Source: Priapulus caudatus
Taxonomy: Eukaryota
DNA length: 61,607 nucleotides
Direction of reading: 5' to 3'
Assembly (NCBI RefSeq): GCF_000485595.1
Contig: NW_014577069.1
Location: 347,755 to 409,361 of the forward strand
Shown here: one piece after another, positions 26,749 to 39,180 of the stretch
Position numbering within the stretch: the first letter of the stretch is position 1
Layout of the letters: the number at the start of each line of letters is the position of its first letter
The notes under the pieces: model-generated
Database searches by the model: none
What the model was told of the DNA's origin: nothing
What the model saw: the letters and a program-made list of their open reading frames with translations, nothing else
Program-made: the position numbers and the translations under genes

Positions 26749-29700
26749 GTTCGCCTTCCTTGTCGTCGTTTCTCTTCGCCTTCATTGTCGTCGTTTCTCT
26801 TTGCCTCCTCTCTTGCATTCTTGCCCTCCTCTTCTACATGCTTGTCATGTCTCTCCTCTCCCTCCTCGCCGCTGTCATCTCCTTAGTTTACGTCGACGAC
26901 ACTTATACTGGACGCTCTCTCTTTCTCTCTCTCACGCGCACGTGGCAGCTCTTTCGTCTGCGGGCTTTCTATTCATTACGTGTAGTAGCGCACGCTCCCA
27001 CACATATTAGCGTGGCCATATATAGCGTCGCCATTAGATAATCATTCGCCTATCGTTTTTGGCACTATCGACGACTGGGATCAAACATTATCAAGAGCAG
27101 ATCAACCAACATGAATTTATTAAATCGGCTTTTGATGCGACATTGCAGAAATACTTCGTACGCGTGGCAGCGTGCAGTAATACGCGTTCTTTCTCACTGG
27201 AGACTTCCTGCCGATGTGGCTTATCCCGGAAACAAAGCTAGTATTTAATATTTTTCGGGCTCGATTGAGCAAAAATTGTGTATTCAGGTTGGGGCTTGCG
27301 CCTCGGGATAATGACTTAGTAGTCGTAAGGTGCTTACAGTGGCGAACAGTAGGGTGCAGGTGTTACACGTAGAACTTGACATCTGTTGCAAAAGCCGCGC
27401 TGTTGTACCGCGTATGCCGTTTCGATTACATGATTATTTTGTGTGTGCATATAGTCGATTTAATTACAAATATTAATCGAATTATAATCGATGCGTGGTG
27501 TCATTCCACGTTGAGTTTAGTTGCAGTTCGTGCGATCGTGCGTGCGTTCGTGCGCGTGCGTGTGTGCGTGTGTGTGTGTGTGCGTATACGAGCCTGCGTG
27601 CGTGCGTGCGCGCGTGCGAGCGCGCGCGCGTGTGTGTCTGCGTGCGTGCGTGCGTGCGTGCGCACGTGCACGTTAGTTGCAGTGTGCCGGTAAATTGTAT
27701 ACACGTAGGAGTTGAAACCCGTGATTGCTGCTGCTGCTGCTCTTTGTCACGTCATAATTAAATGCACTCACAAGAACAGATGGCCGGTTTACGGGCGCTG
27801 GTCAGGTCAGACGTGCACGACCGGTAACTACCGTGCGGTGGGGGCCGTGGTCCCATGGCTGCTATAACAATATCCGCTGCCGGCCCGATTAAAGTTTAAT
27901 TGCAGTTATTCAATCTGCACTTTATATCGGAACAATCCCGGCGTAATTACATTAAATTTCGGCAACAAATGAAATGGAATCCGCACCTCATGTCGCACGG
28001 TCGTGTGTCGGACACCTGCAGTCACGACACCGCAGTTCTTTATGTTGGCCGAATGTTTCCTCATGTAAAAAAAATACGGCAAGTGTTGTATTGAATGTAA
28101 GTGGCTATTAAATTTCATGCTCACGCTGTTCCCGCTCCATCACCACCCGCTCCTCCCCTCCGCCGATCCTATCATGCGAGTGCGCATCTAGCATACTCCA
28201 GGTGCATAATCGATTATGAAATTGAGATTGTGATGGGAATTTCGGCATTAATTACCTTCGTATCTGACATCAGAAGGTAGGCTAACTGGCTACTGCATGA
28301 GATAACACTGTTCGACACCGTGCCGTGGTGGTGAACCCTTACGTCTGTAGCACTGTAGCGATGGTCGGAAAATGGTCAGTCATCTGTGCAAGTTCATTCT
28401 ATGCCTCAAGGCTTCGTGGAAATTATCAAACTAATATCTGCTGCTACCTGTAATTCTTTACGCGTGTTGCGTATTAACGCGTTTAACGCGTAATAAATAA
28501 ATATAATAATTACAATAATAATGATGTGTCATTGTTCTACAGACACAGCACGCGCGCATGATAACTCATCATAAACAGACTACGTCAACCGCAATAAAAC
28601 ATTCAAATTTTAATTATTTCACGCTTTTAGTTTGATGAATCTCGCATCTATCACTTCTATTACGATTTCGCGGTTTACTGAAGGCAGTATTTCCCTAGTG
28701 ATGCGACTGAAGCAATATGTCAGTCAACGTCAGGCAAACAATGGGTTCATCTTCTTATGTAAGCGCGCGACGGGTGGTGTGCGTGTTTTTCGGGAGTGTT
28801 AGTGTTGTAATCGTCTGTGATTGAGTGCCAGCAGCCGATACAACCGTGCCAACTAGTCCAAGTTCATTTTCCAATTGGGGGAGTTGGTTTAGTTTATATC
28901 CACGCTGTACTTAGTAGAAAACCGTCGCTAGACAATGCTCGCGTTTAAGCTTTACGATTTATTGCCAGTGGTGCATGGCAATGTGGTAGGTGCTGTTTTC
29001 ATTACCCCTTTTTAATTGTGAGCAAAGTTGCTTGGATGTCATTTAAACGCGTAACGTCTTTATCGATGTTCGGGTAAACTGCTGGACATATTTCAACGCG
29101 TTGGTATAGCGTCGTAAACGCTGTATAGTGTGTAATCGACGCAGGTATAGGCACTTGTCAGTTCCGGTTTATTGCTGTAACCTACAGCAGATGTTTCGCC
29201 TGCAGGGTTATGCGGATAAAATATTCAGGCGAGATGCGAAAACTGTCATCCGCCACCTCGCTCCTCCTTACAAATTCAACTTTAATCTATGATATCCGAC
29301 GGACTGTACTAGCCGGGGCTGCTTTTCCCCGGGCGCCGCAGCCTAGACAAAAAGCTAGCTACCACAGCATATCGTGCAATAAGTCTCCGGGCAAAACCAA
29401 ACTCCGAACTTCATGCAATATTAACAGTCCCGCCAGCGCTCGCTTCGCCGTTCGTCTAATCACCATTTGACTCGCGGCAGTCGGGCGAACGAGAGCGGCA
29501 GCGGCAGGTGTAGGCAGCTTGCGGTGTTGCTGATGCGGCTTGTGCTAGTGCCAGAGAGGACGTCCGGATTTAACTCTGTTCCACCTTCTTGTGCTTAATC
29601 AGCTTTTGATTGCGCGCTGGGACGAAACGCGCCGTCGTAAAGAGACCGGTAATTGTGGCGCAGCTCCGGCGACGATCACCGCCGGCTAGGGAAGCAGCTG

Positions 29701-30943
29701 GAGGAGGTTATAGAGAGCCAGGGAGGTGTGCCGGAGGAGGGTATAGATCTATTGTTGTTTGGCGAGAACCTTCCTTCATTATTCGTCCGGGGGCGCGAGC
29801 GTGCCCCTTCTCTCGCGCACATCTCTGCTTTGCGTGTTGCGCTGAGGACGGGTGGTGAGACGGCGACACTTTTAGGTGATAGTTGGGAGTGTCTGCTCGT
29901 GTGTGAGTAGAGCCAATAATAGAGGCATGGAGACGGTGGAATCGGAGGCAGTGGAAGGGTGAGACGACACACGTATAGGCGATAGTTGGGAGTGTCTGCT
30001 CGTGCGTGAGTCACATTGAGGTAGTGAAGAAGACGGTGGAATCGTGTGCTGGCCGTGTGGTGGGTGGCAAGGGCGTAACAGAACAGTCAATTCCGTAGAG
30101 TGGGTGCATTGCTGCAGCTCGCGTAGGTGCGCAGTCGCAGCTTTGATGTAAGTAAGTTTGTCGCGTTTACTTGTCGATTCACTTTTGTAGTGATCTATTC
30201 AGCTAACTCGCGTGCAGGTGTGCGCTTGTGTGTGCGTGCGCGCGCGAGCGTGTCCATGCGTGCTTGCGTGCGTGCATGCATGCGTGCGAGTGCGCGCGGG
30301 TGCGGGTGTGCGTCCGTACATTTGTGTGGGAGGAGTTTGTACATGTTATTAGCATAATTTGCATTCATGGCAGTTCTACTGACTGCTTTCAAGCCAGAAG
30401 CCTCGCCTCGAGTAGTGCTGCACTGAGTAGTATAACTGTGCAGTCAGTGTCCGATGCATTTTTCATAGCCCTGCCTAATCATCTTTCCCCGCGCAATAGC
30501 AAAACTCATCCTCCGCCTGTCAGGGTTTGCTCAACTGCGATTTTCAGATACGCGAAGACACGTGGCTTATGTTTATTTTACCCTCCTCCCCCGCACTTCA
30601 TTTGTTTGATTGTTTGCCGTTGACATCCTCTTGTCTAGCCTCGCTTTCAGACGGCTTCATCCAGCGGGTTGATCGACTGATTGGCCGAAGTCACGACGCC
30701 ATTCGGTCTAATTAACAAAACATAGATACAGCTTCATTTTTACGAGAATAGCAGGGCGTCATAAATCACGCTAGGCAGTCGCTCGCCCCGTCTGCAGATA
30801 ACCTCCTAATAGTTTTTGCGACCGTTGTTAATAACCGTTATCGTCGGACGCTGTCTGCGGCTACCGTGTTAATGATGGCTGACACACGGATCACGGGGGT
30901 ACGTAAATCAGTAGCCGCATGCATGGACCAGCACGTGTTGGTG

Positions 30944-30983
30944 TAGCTCTAGGGCAGAGCGAAGGGCTATAGTTCTAGAGCTA
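30944..30983. mobile_element. Micro-MITE family copy 2, internally deleted
   Basis: TAGCTCTAG-GGCAGAGCGAAGGGCTATAGTTCTAGAGCTA. Both termini retained and TA-flanked. Confidence 0.7.
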
Positions 30984-30992
30984 ATGTTGGTG

Positions 30993-30994
<2 letters not shown>

Positions 30995-31077
<83 letters not shown>

Positions 31078-31323
31078 CGCGCGCGAGGGGAGAGAGAGAG
31101 AGGAGAGAGAGCAGAGAGAGAGAGGCAGAGAAAGAAAGAAAGCGAGAGAGTAAGAGAGAGAAGAGAAAGCGAGAGAGAGAATAAAGAGAGAGAGAGAAAG
31201 AGAGAGAGGAGAGAGAGAGAGATAAAAGAAAGAAAGAGCAGACAAGAGAGAGAGAGAGAGAGGGAGAGAGAAAGAGAAAGAGAGAGAGAGAGGGAAGAGA
31301 AGAGAGACGAAACGAGGAGAGAC

Positions 31324-31355
<32 letters not shown>

Positions 31356-31680
31356 CGAAAAAAGAAAGCGAGAGAGAGAGAGAGAGAAAGAAATCGCGAT
31401 GAGAGGAGAGAAAGAGAGAGAGAGAGAAGAGAAGAGAAAGAGAGCGAGAGAGAGAGCAGAGAGAAAGAGAAAGAAAGAGAGAAAAGGAGAGAGAGGAGAA
31501 GAGAGAGATAAAGAGAAAGAGAAAGAGAGGGAGATGGGAGAGAGAGAGAGGAGAGAAGAGAGAGAGAGGAGAGAGAAGAGGAGGAGAGAGAGAGAGAGAG
31601 AGAGAAGAGCGGAGAGAGGAAGAGAGAAGAGAGGAAGAGAGGAAGGAGAGGAAGAGAGGAGAGAGGAGAGAGGAGCAGAG

Positions 31681-31774
<94 letters not shown>
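30995..31774. repeat. Long (GA)n purine tract with clean ends and a noisy middle
   Basis: Direct reading. It is the source of the spurious 349-aa and 134-aa ORFs. Confidence 0.95.
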
Positions 31775-31776
<2 letters not shown>

Positions 31777-32793
31777 GCTCAGCTGGAGGGCAATCACACG
31801 TAACACGTACAAGCCGGCTCCTGACGAACTTAATTCCCGCGCTGCGAATAATTGATTGCGCTTAAAATATTCATGAGCAGACAAAAACAGGGGGCTAGAC
31901 CCAGCTAGTTTGATGGATTGATAGGTAAAAATGCTTATTGTCAGCATATTCGGTAGGTGAAGGAAGTAATCGCTAATTAAGTTAGAGTTTTTTTGGGGAG
32001 GATTCAAGCGTAGCAAAAATGTCTAAATAGACTTTTTGTTATTATTCTCTCTTCAGGTAATTTGAATTGAATTCGATTTATGATTACGCGTATAGCAGTG
32101 GAGTACGGCGTAGAGAACTATGTCGATACCTCTGGCCATATCCATCACTCAGCACATTCATTTTCTGTTCTGAAACTACCGAAATATCACGCCCCCAGCA
32201 GTGAGAGTGCTTGGGACTAAAAAAAGACGTTTGTTTCCGCTAACCCGACCGAGTCAATTTTAAACCCCCGTGTCGATAATTTTTATTGTGATAGGCCAAA
32301 AAAATATTTTAAAAAAGTAAAAAAATATTTTGTACATGTACGATACATGTGCATAAGTACATAAGTACATATACATAGACTGTTGCAGTAATGTCAGTAT
32401 TATTGCAGATTATTCACACAAAATTGGTGCCAGCTAGTATGCAATACGTGACGTCAGTTTTACAAAACTAACGCCTGCACACCAAACTGTTATTATTCCA
32501 CTAAACTATGATGTCAGTATAGGAAACATCGGCGTCTCTTGACAGTGGCGATCAAAAGGCGACTAGAAAAAAAATATGAAAAAAAGAAATCAGCTCCCCC
32601 GGTGTTCGCCGCAAGTGCCTTCCTTTCTTTCGCCGCGAAATAAAACCTCCGATCATCCACGACAAGTAGCAAACAGTTGGTGTGGCAGAGTGTGAAACAT
32701 GCTGGAAAGCCCTATGACCATACGCGACACAGCTGTTGTTTAAATTTCAAACAGCTCTTTAAATGCACATTAGAATTAGTGACCACCTGTTAG

Positions 32794-33006
32794 CCGCCGC
32801 CGTGCAGCGTTGGGGAGGGTGGATGGTGTAGAATGAGTGTTTGTGGGTGTCGGGGATTGGAGGGGTGGAGTAAGAAGGGGCCTTGTGGTGGTGCGGCGGT
32901 GGGCATGAGGTATCACAAAGAGGCTGGGCAGAGCAGATACGGGGACCCGTCTGATGGATTACACTGCAGCCCGCGGGCGTTGCCTGGTCAGCTTCAACAG
33001 ATGTGT
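32794..33006 (+). CDS. Probable upstream exon of the PLEKHG4-family gene (first part of the N-terminal domain)
   Basis: TGTTAG|CCG...ATG TGT|GTATGT, 71 codons, phase 0-0. ...AA...SRYGDPSDGLHC...QLQQMC resembles the recalled family segment AATVL...Y.GDGLRC...LQQEAC, which precedes the WPLC exon. Acceptor is weak; an in-frame ATG at 32833 is an alternative start. Confidence 0.5.
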
Positions 33007-33087
33007 GTATGTGCGACCTTACACGTAGTACGTGACTGCGAGACGTAGCAGTCACCGGCAGCTCACCTCACTGCACGTGTCGCTGCC

Positions 33088-33133
33088 GAGTGAGTGAGTG
33101 AGAGTGAGTGAGTGAGTGAGTGAGTGAGTGAGA

Positions 33134-33169
<36 letters not shown>

Positions 33170-33255
33170 CAGAGACAGAGACAGAGACAGAGACAGAGAC
33201 AGAGACAGAGACAGAGACAGAGACAGAGACAGAGACAGAGACAGAGACAGAGAGT
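33088..33255. repeat. Compound (GAGT)n(GA)n(GAGACA)n microsatellite
   Basis: Direct reading of the sequence. Confidence 0.95.
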
Positions 33256-34457
33256 GACACAGAACAGCCTGCATGCTCTCATCTTCTGCTGCGCGCATGC
33301 TTCATAGTGGCTTGTGCACGAAACTGAAAATTCCTAGAAGTTTATAAACTATATAAACTTATAAATTTAAACTAGGATGAATTTCGCGTGATGGTTACAA
33401 ATTTTCGATGTTAGCTTGAAGGGAATACAATAGTAGTGTTCCTGTGACTGAAGTGATTGCTAGATATATAATAATATGCTAATGAATACTCTTTTTTTCT
33501 CTGACGATGCAGCATGTACATCTATAAATGAAATTTTCTATTATGGTCTCTTGATGTACATGTATGTAGAGGAAAAAAAGATTTTCATAGAAAGTAAATA
33601 AACTTCGTCCAAATTAACTTAGTTCATGGTATTTACTGTATTCGGCGTTAAACCAGTGTTGACTAAGGGCTAAGTGGCATTTTTTACGATGCTGGGCCTG
33701 TCACACAGACAAGCCAGGCAAATGGAAAAAGATGTTTCAAAGTGGTCGGGTTCTACAGTTAAAGAGACTGCTAGCAATTCTAGAGTGCAGAGCACAGGAC
33801 GTGTCAACGTTTTAACACTAAACTCGCGTTTTTTGTACGTAGAGACGTTTTCAGTACGTTTCAGGATACTCATTCTGAATAAGCGCCCTCTAGCGCTCGC
33901 TGGATGTGATCATGAAGAAAGTGTTCATCGCAGTTTGCACATGTCCTCCGATCCAAGAAATTCTCCCGCTTTCTTTTTGTGTGTGTGTGCTACACTCAAG
34001 TAAAAAGTATTTATGTAAAGTAAAAGCACGTAGATCTACTTATAGCGGTCTCGCTCACACAGGGTTTTCGCGAGCATATTGCCACAGTCTCTTAGGTAAA
34101 CAGTGCTGTGATGCATCTACCGACAATGCTGCCTGTGTCTACAGCGGCCGAGAGCGCGAACATCCCAAGTAAGCTTTTGCACGCGCGTTGACCCGATAGG
34201 ACAAGGCAACTGTTCAACGCGTCAACCAATTCACCCGCCGAATTTGTCTCGTTGCGTTTTCGCAAATCGCGTTATCGCGTCGCTGGTCAAGGTGACCGCT
34301 AGGCTGGTCCCAAACGTCCGCGTTGCTGCAAGCATCGCTGACGCTCATCGACTTGCGGTGTCAGTCTAGGTGACCGTGCCGATCGGCTGCAATCACACGC
34401 GAGGGAACAAAAATTATACATCTAGCGATCCACCGTCAGCAGATGTCCCCCCTCCCA

Positions 34458-34885
34458 CACAGGCACTTGGAACGTCTCAATAAAAAATAAAAAAAGGTAA
34501 ATAAACACGAAATGTATTTACTTCCAAAGTCTTAATGTTTCTCTACTCTATCTCGCCTATAATCACCTGTAAATCGCCGGTCAAATGCTCATCTGCAACA
34601 CACAAGTACACCGCACGCCCGCCCTGTGCACAAACAACATGAATAAGAGAGTAACATATAACATATAAGAATGAACATGAATCTCTCTTATTCTTGTTGT
34701 TTGTGGATAGGGCGGGCGTGCGGTGTACTTGCGTGTTGCAGATGAGCATTTGACCGGCATTTACGGGTAATTATCGGCAATAATAGGCGAAATAGAGTAG
34801 AGAAACATTAAGACTTTAGTAGTAAATACATTTCGTGTTTATTTACTTTTTTATTTTTTTTATTGAGACGTTCCAAGTGCCTGTG
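34458..34885. mobile_element. Foldback MITE, P-element-like (CACAG...CTGTG, 8-bp TSD), copy 1
   Basis: ~195-bp inverted arms starting CACAGGCACTTGGAACGTCTCAATAAAA around a ~30-bp spacer. Flanks CCCTCCCA / CCCTCCCC match 7/8. Second copy at 45624-46006. Confidence 0.85.
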
Positions 34886-36425
34886 CCCTCCCCCACCATC
34901 ACTACTATACACTGTGCGTGTTTAATTCGATCTCCCTAGCAGCAGCCGTTAGCGCAGTGGCCGTTAGTAGCAAGAGGCGCGGGCGCGGATATAGTTTCAC
35001 AACACGGTCGAGGTTTCTCATGCCCTAAGCCGCGCTGGCGCTGCCGACGTGGCAGCGGTGATGTGGCAGATTCTGACACACCGCGGGACCAAGGGGAGGA
35101 GAGCTGTGATTCACTCCGGTAGCTAGCGTGGATGCATGGGAACGCTTGCCGCTAGCCTGTTTTTACACTCGCGTCTCGTCTCCGTGTTCACCACCGTATA
35201 TGTACACGTATGTGACCAGGGCCGGCGTGTTTGCCGTGGGTAAAAACCGCTGGTACGGCTTTGTTTAATTTGAGAGCGCGTCTGTGAGAATACGTCGGGA
35301 GTCGCCGTTGCCTAGCACTGAGTTTTGACTTGAGAAGTTTTTGTGTGAATTTATGCGAATTTTGTTGCGAACGGATGGCGTAGCATCGCGTATAACGAAA
35401 CATTGCGAAATCGTGTAGAAGTGAGGACAGCTAGCACTATATTAGAGGGAGAGGGTTGCTGTCAATATATACCAATTTCGTTTCGACGAAGGTTCGAGTG
35501 AAGACTATATACACCAAATAAAACACGGCCAAAATGTTTGTACCAGTGCACCAGTATTCATGCTAGAACTGACTGCATGGGCACATTATAGCCGCATTAA
35601 AATATTTACGCGGAAAAAGTCCCGCACATTCTTGGTGAAGTGAAACGTATGGCCTACCCGCTATACTACTTACTACCTTTGCTCCTCTGCTGCCTTACTC
35701 TTGGTTATGAATATTTCATTCCACGCTCCAGTTGTATTAAGTCCTCATAGGCGACTAGAATGGAGAGCGATAACAAACGATACACACGCCCCCTGTTGTG
35801 CGGCTGGCTGCCGACCACGTGAGCCTCAATCACTCGCCATGCTTTGGCAATAAGTGGTCAATCAGCCGTGTGATTGATTGATTGATCATCAGTGCCGCTC
35901 GAACCACTGTTTTCTTGTGTAATCTGTGTAGTCTGTCCGTCCCAGTTATGGCGACTCCTAGCCAGATTATTTAGAAATGTTACCCTAGTGTATATGTAGT
36001 AAAGGGTTTTTAATTGGTGTGATATTAGATGCACTACTACAACAATTGCAATTAAAATGCAATTACATTAGATTTATTAGATGCAAAAACCAATTGCGCG
36101 TTTAGCACGATAAGTGATAGCCGTTACAAATTGCCAGACCACAACAAGCAAGCGACCATTACGTAACGGTGGCATATTCATTTCTGTTAAACGTATATGG
36201 CAGACGGGTTGTTAAAAAAGCCAGACTCAGTAGAGGGACAGTACAGTCAAATTCCTTTGTAGTAAAAGTTTAATTTCTCAAGTGTTCTTCGTACAAGTGT
36301 CCACACTCTTCGCTATACCGCTTTGCCTACAAATTTGAATATCTCAAGTGTTCTTCGTACATTGTATTCGCACTTTTCGCTACCGCTTTGCCTATAACAA
36401 CCGTGTTCCATTTCTCGCATTGCAG

Positions 36426-37563
36426 GAAGGTCCATGTCGACAAGCGAACGTCTCTCCCAGCTGGCCGCTCTGCGTAGGTGACAGCATCGTCGTGCACGTC
36501 GGCGACCCGCACGCCGCCGACCTACGTCCGGGCGACTTCTGCATCTGCATCAGCCGCGGTTGCCGCGGCAACGCCCGCCTCGCCGTCAAGTACCGCGTCG
36601 GCGACGTACTGCAGACGATCGCCGTGCCCGAGGCGAACTACGCTCACGTGTTCTCGCGCGGCTGGGTCGCCGCGGCGATGGCGGACTCCGCCGACCGTGG
36701 GCTCGCGGCGTCACTGCGGCAGTGTCTCGTCGTCGTCGAGCGAGGCACGGCGATGCTTGACTGGTCGCTGGTGTGCTGCACGCGCGACGCCTGCCCCACG
36801 CACCCTAGCGGCGGTGCAGCAGCAGGCAGGGGCGCCCCCACGAACCTGAGCGGCGGCAGAGCGGCGGGTGGCGTCCCCGCAGAGCCGGAGGTGAAGCTGC
36901 GGAACAAGCGCGGAAAGCGCGGCCGCGGCGCGCGCGGACGGAGCTGGCAAGCGCGCGGCGCGGCGGCGGCGGCGGACTGCCAGTCGGACCGCGACAACAC
37001 TCTCAGCAACAACCACGGCGACCACCAGAAGCAGCGGCGCGATCGACGCGGGGACAAGTGCAATAGCGTGATCGTCGTCGGCGGCGGCGGCGGCGGCGCG
37101 CGCGACAGCTTCGTGTCGGCCGGCGGCGAGGAGGAGGACTCCCTCTCCGCGCGCGGGTGCGACGACAGCGTGTCGAGCTGCAGTAGCGCTCTGGACTCCT
37201 CCGCGCTGTCGGGTGCGGGAGGTCGGCCGAAGGAGGAGGTGGGCGGCGCCGACGCGGCCATCGCTAGTCTGTGCACGCGCAGCGGCGAGGAGATCGCGTG
37301 CATGTGCTGCTCGCACGCCGAGCTCGGAGGCTGCGCCGACGCGGAGACGACCGCGCGCAAAGACACGACGACGACGTCGGTGGCGCCGCGTAGGAAAACG
37401 AAATCGCTGTCGTCCTTCAGCGCAGGGGAGACCCCGACGTTACCTCTGCCTCGATGTGCGAGTCATTCCGCTAAGCGAGCCGCTAAGTCAGCAGGCAGCA
37501 AGGGCAGTTCCGCAGATTCCCCGCCGCCCGGCAGTCCGAAAGCCGTCGAAGAATCCAGCAAAG
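36426..37563 (+). CDS. PLEKHG4: Large exon of a PLEKHG4/PLEKHG4B/ARHGEF40/KIAA1755-family protein: conserved N-terminal domain plus low-complexity linker
   Basis: TTCTCGCATTGCAG|GAA...AAA G|GTGGGT, phase 0 to 1, with GC3-rich codons. Motifs WPLCVGDSIVVHV, LRPGDFCI, RLAVK, VPEANYAHVFSRGW and LRQCLV match the recalled family pattern WPLC..LRPGDFY..VPE..Y..IFT..W..L..CL. The symbol is family-level; orthology is untested. Confidence 0.88.
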
Positions 37564-37851
37564 GTGGGTGGATTTTATACTGTCGGTGCTCGTAATCTCT
37601 CTGACTATGTTTATGGAAGTGCTTGGAATTTCCGTGGTGAATGAACTGTCAGCGTATGTTTTGAATCGGTGTTTATCAACAACGCAGTGCTGTTTATTTG
37701 TGTATATTGAGGCGGAATTATTATCGTTTTGCCAAGTGACACCAGAGGGAGCCACCTGCTGGTATGTTGCACACTGGTTGCAATAGCTGTGTTAGGCTGC
37801 TTTACCAACTTCATGCGTTTGTTGAATTAGCTGATCACAATATTGTTTCAG

Positions 37852-37959
37852 AATTGGAAGAAAAGATCAAGTCGTATAGAAAAGCCGAGCCAGAGTTTCC
37901 TACAGAAATCAACAAGATAGACATGGAATGTCTAAAAACCAAATTGGCAATTCTAACAG
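37852..37959 (+). CDS. PLEKHG4: Internal exon leading into the Sec14/CRAL-TRIO domain (ELEEK...KLAILTG)
   Basis: TGTTTCAG|AA...ACA G|GTAAAC, 108 nt, phase 1-1 and open. AILTG joins the next exon to give the Trio/PLEKHG4-type A.L.G.RD..G motif. Confidence 0.88.
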
Positions 37960-38216
37960 GTAAACTAAAGGTTACAGGTGAAAATAATCACAATAAATTG
38001 TAAGTTTTGAAGTTTTAAAACGAGAATTTACCGGAGCGATTTATACATTTGTTTTCAACCCGCATACTTAGAATTCTAAGGGTACTTATATAAGTTAATA
38101 TTCTCATTTTAAAATACAGAAGAACATGTAAGTATTATTGATCATGGATTAGTTTTATTGTGAGTGAGCTCGCCGAAGCCCTGGTTCAGAGCTCTTCACT
38201 TATTTCTACTGTCTAG

Positions 38217-38331
38217 GTCACAGAGACGTGGACGGTCATGGAGTCATTATGTTTGATACTGCCAAGGTAACCAAGGCTTGTACTGTAGAAAACGTGGGCA
38301 AGATTCTCCTATACTACTCCACTATAGCAAG
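38217..38331 (+). CDS. PLEKHG4: Internal exon, Sec14-like domain (GHRDVDGHGVIMFDT...VGKILLYYSTIAR)
   Basis: TTTCTACTGTCTAG|GT...GCA AG|GTAAGA, phase 1 to 2. GxRDxxG and LLYxxxIxR motifs. Confidence 0.9.
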
Positions 38332-38602
38332 GTAAGAAGCACCACTGTGTGTCATTATATCCATATATCCTTAATTAAATGCAAAGTGTATTAGCGTATT
38401 AGGTATCTGCATAGTTATATGTAATCCAATGATTGCGAGTTGAACGAATTTGGTAATCTAGAGACCGTGTTTATTACAAAGTTGCTATTTGCATTCTAAT
38501 AATAATTATTCAATTGAAAAACGTCAACGATTGCGATATGTTATTGATTTAATGATTTTATTTGAAGGTCTGTCATTGATTATTACAATTATGTCTTTGT
38601 AG

Positions 38603-38702
38603 AGAGGAGATAGTCTGTAAAGGCTTCACAGTATTGGTGGATGTTAGAGGGGCCACTCCAGCATCCGCTGAGTTGATCACTGCTGTCCTCTATAATCTTC
38701 AG
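38603..38702 (+). CDS. PLEKHG4: Internal exon, Sec14-like domain (EEIVCKGFTVLVDVRG...LYNLQ)
   Basis: TCTTTGTAG|A...CTT CAG|GTAAGA, phase 2 to 0. GFTVLVDxR is a hallmark of Sec14 domains in Trio/Kalirin/PLEKHG4/SESTD1 proteins. Confidence 0.9.
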
Positions 38703-39009
38703 GTAAGAATGTTGCACGTATGCATAAGAAAGTTATGGAGGATTTACTCAATGCATTCATATTCAATCTAGGATTAATTATTTCGAAACGTCTCTAGGTG
38801 TGACAGTATTTTCATTACACACTGTGCAGACAGGTGAAATTTAAACCCTGTTGAACCGTGTTCATCTCAGCCGTTGGCACTAAATCAAATAGACACTGCA
38901 CAATACAGCATGCCTGCGCTTGGTTAAGAACTGTTGTGTTCGACTCCTCACGTTTTATGTATTACTCTTCATGTCTCGAATAAAGAGAGCATCACTAAAT
39001 CCCAGGAAG

Positions 39010-39180
<171 letters not shown>

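Noticed and set aside
30967..32016. 349-aa minus-strand ORF and the other long ORFs over (GA)n, (CT)n, (GT)n and (GCGT)n tracts
   Set aside because: They are translations of microsatellites (SLSL, RERE, CVCV, THTH) with no domain or splice support.
34994..35125. AADVAAVMWQIL resembling the family ATAATVLWQL segment
   Set aside because: The match is short, the frame ends in a stop and the following motifs are missing, so it is likely coincidence.
36348..36425. N-terminal 26 codons of the listed 415-aa ORF, and its tail after 37563
   Set aside because: Intronic read-through. The ORF starts at GTG within a ~60-bp local duplication upstream of a good acceptor at 36425, and a donor lies at 37564.
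36644..37366. 240-aa and 201-aa antisense ORFs
   Set aside because: Shadows of the GC-rich sense exon.
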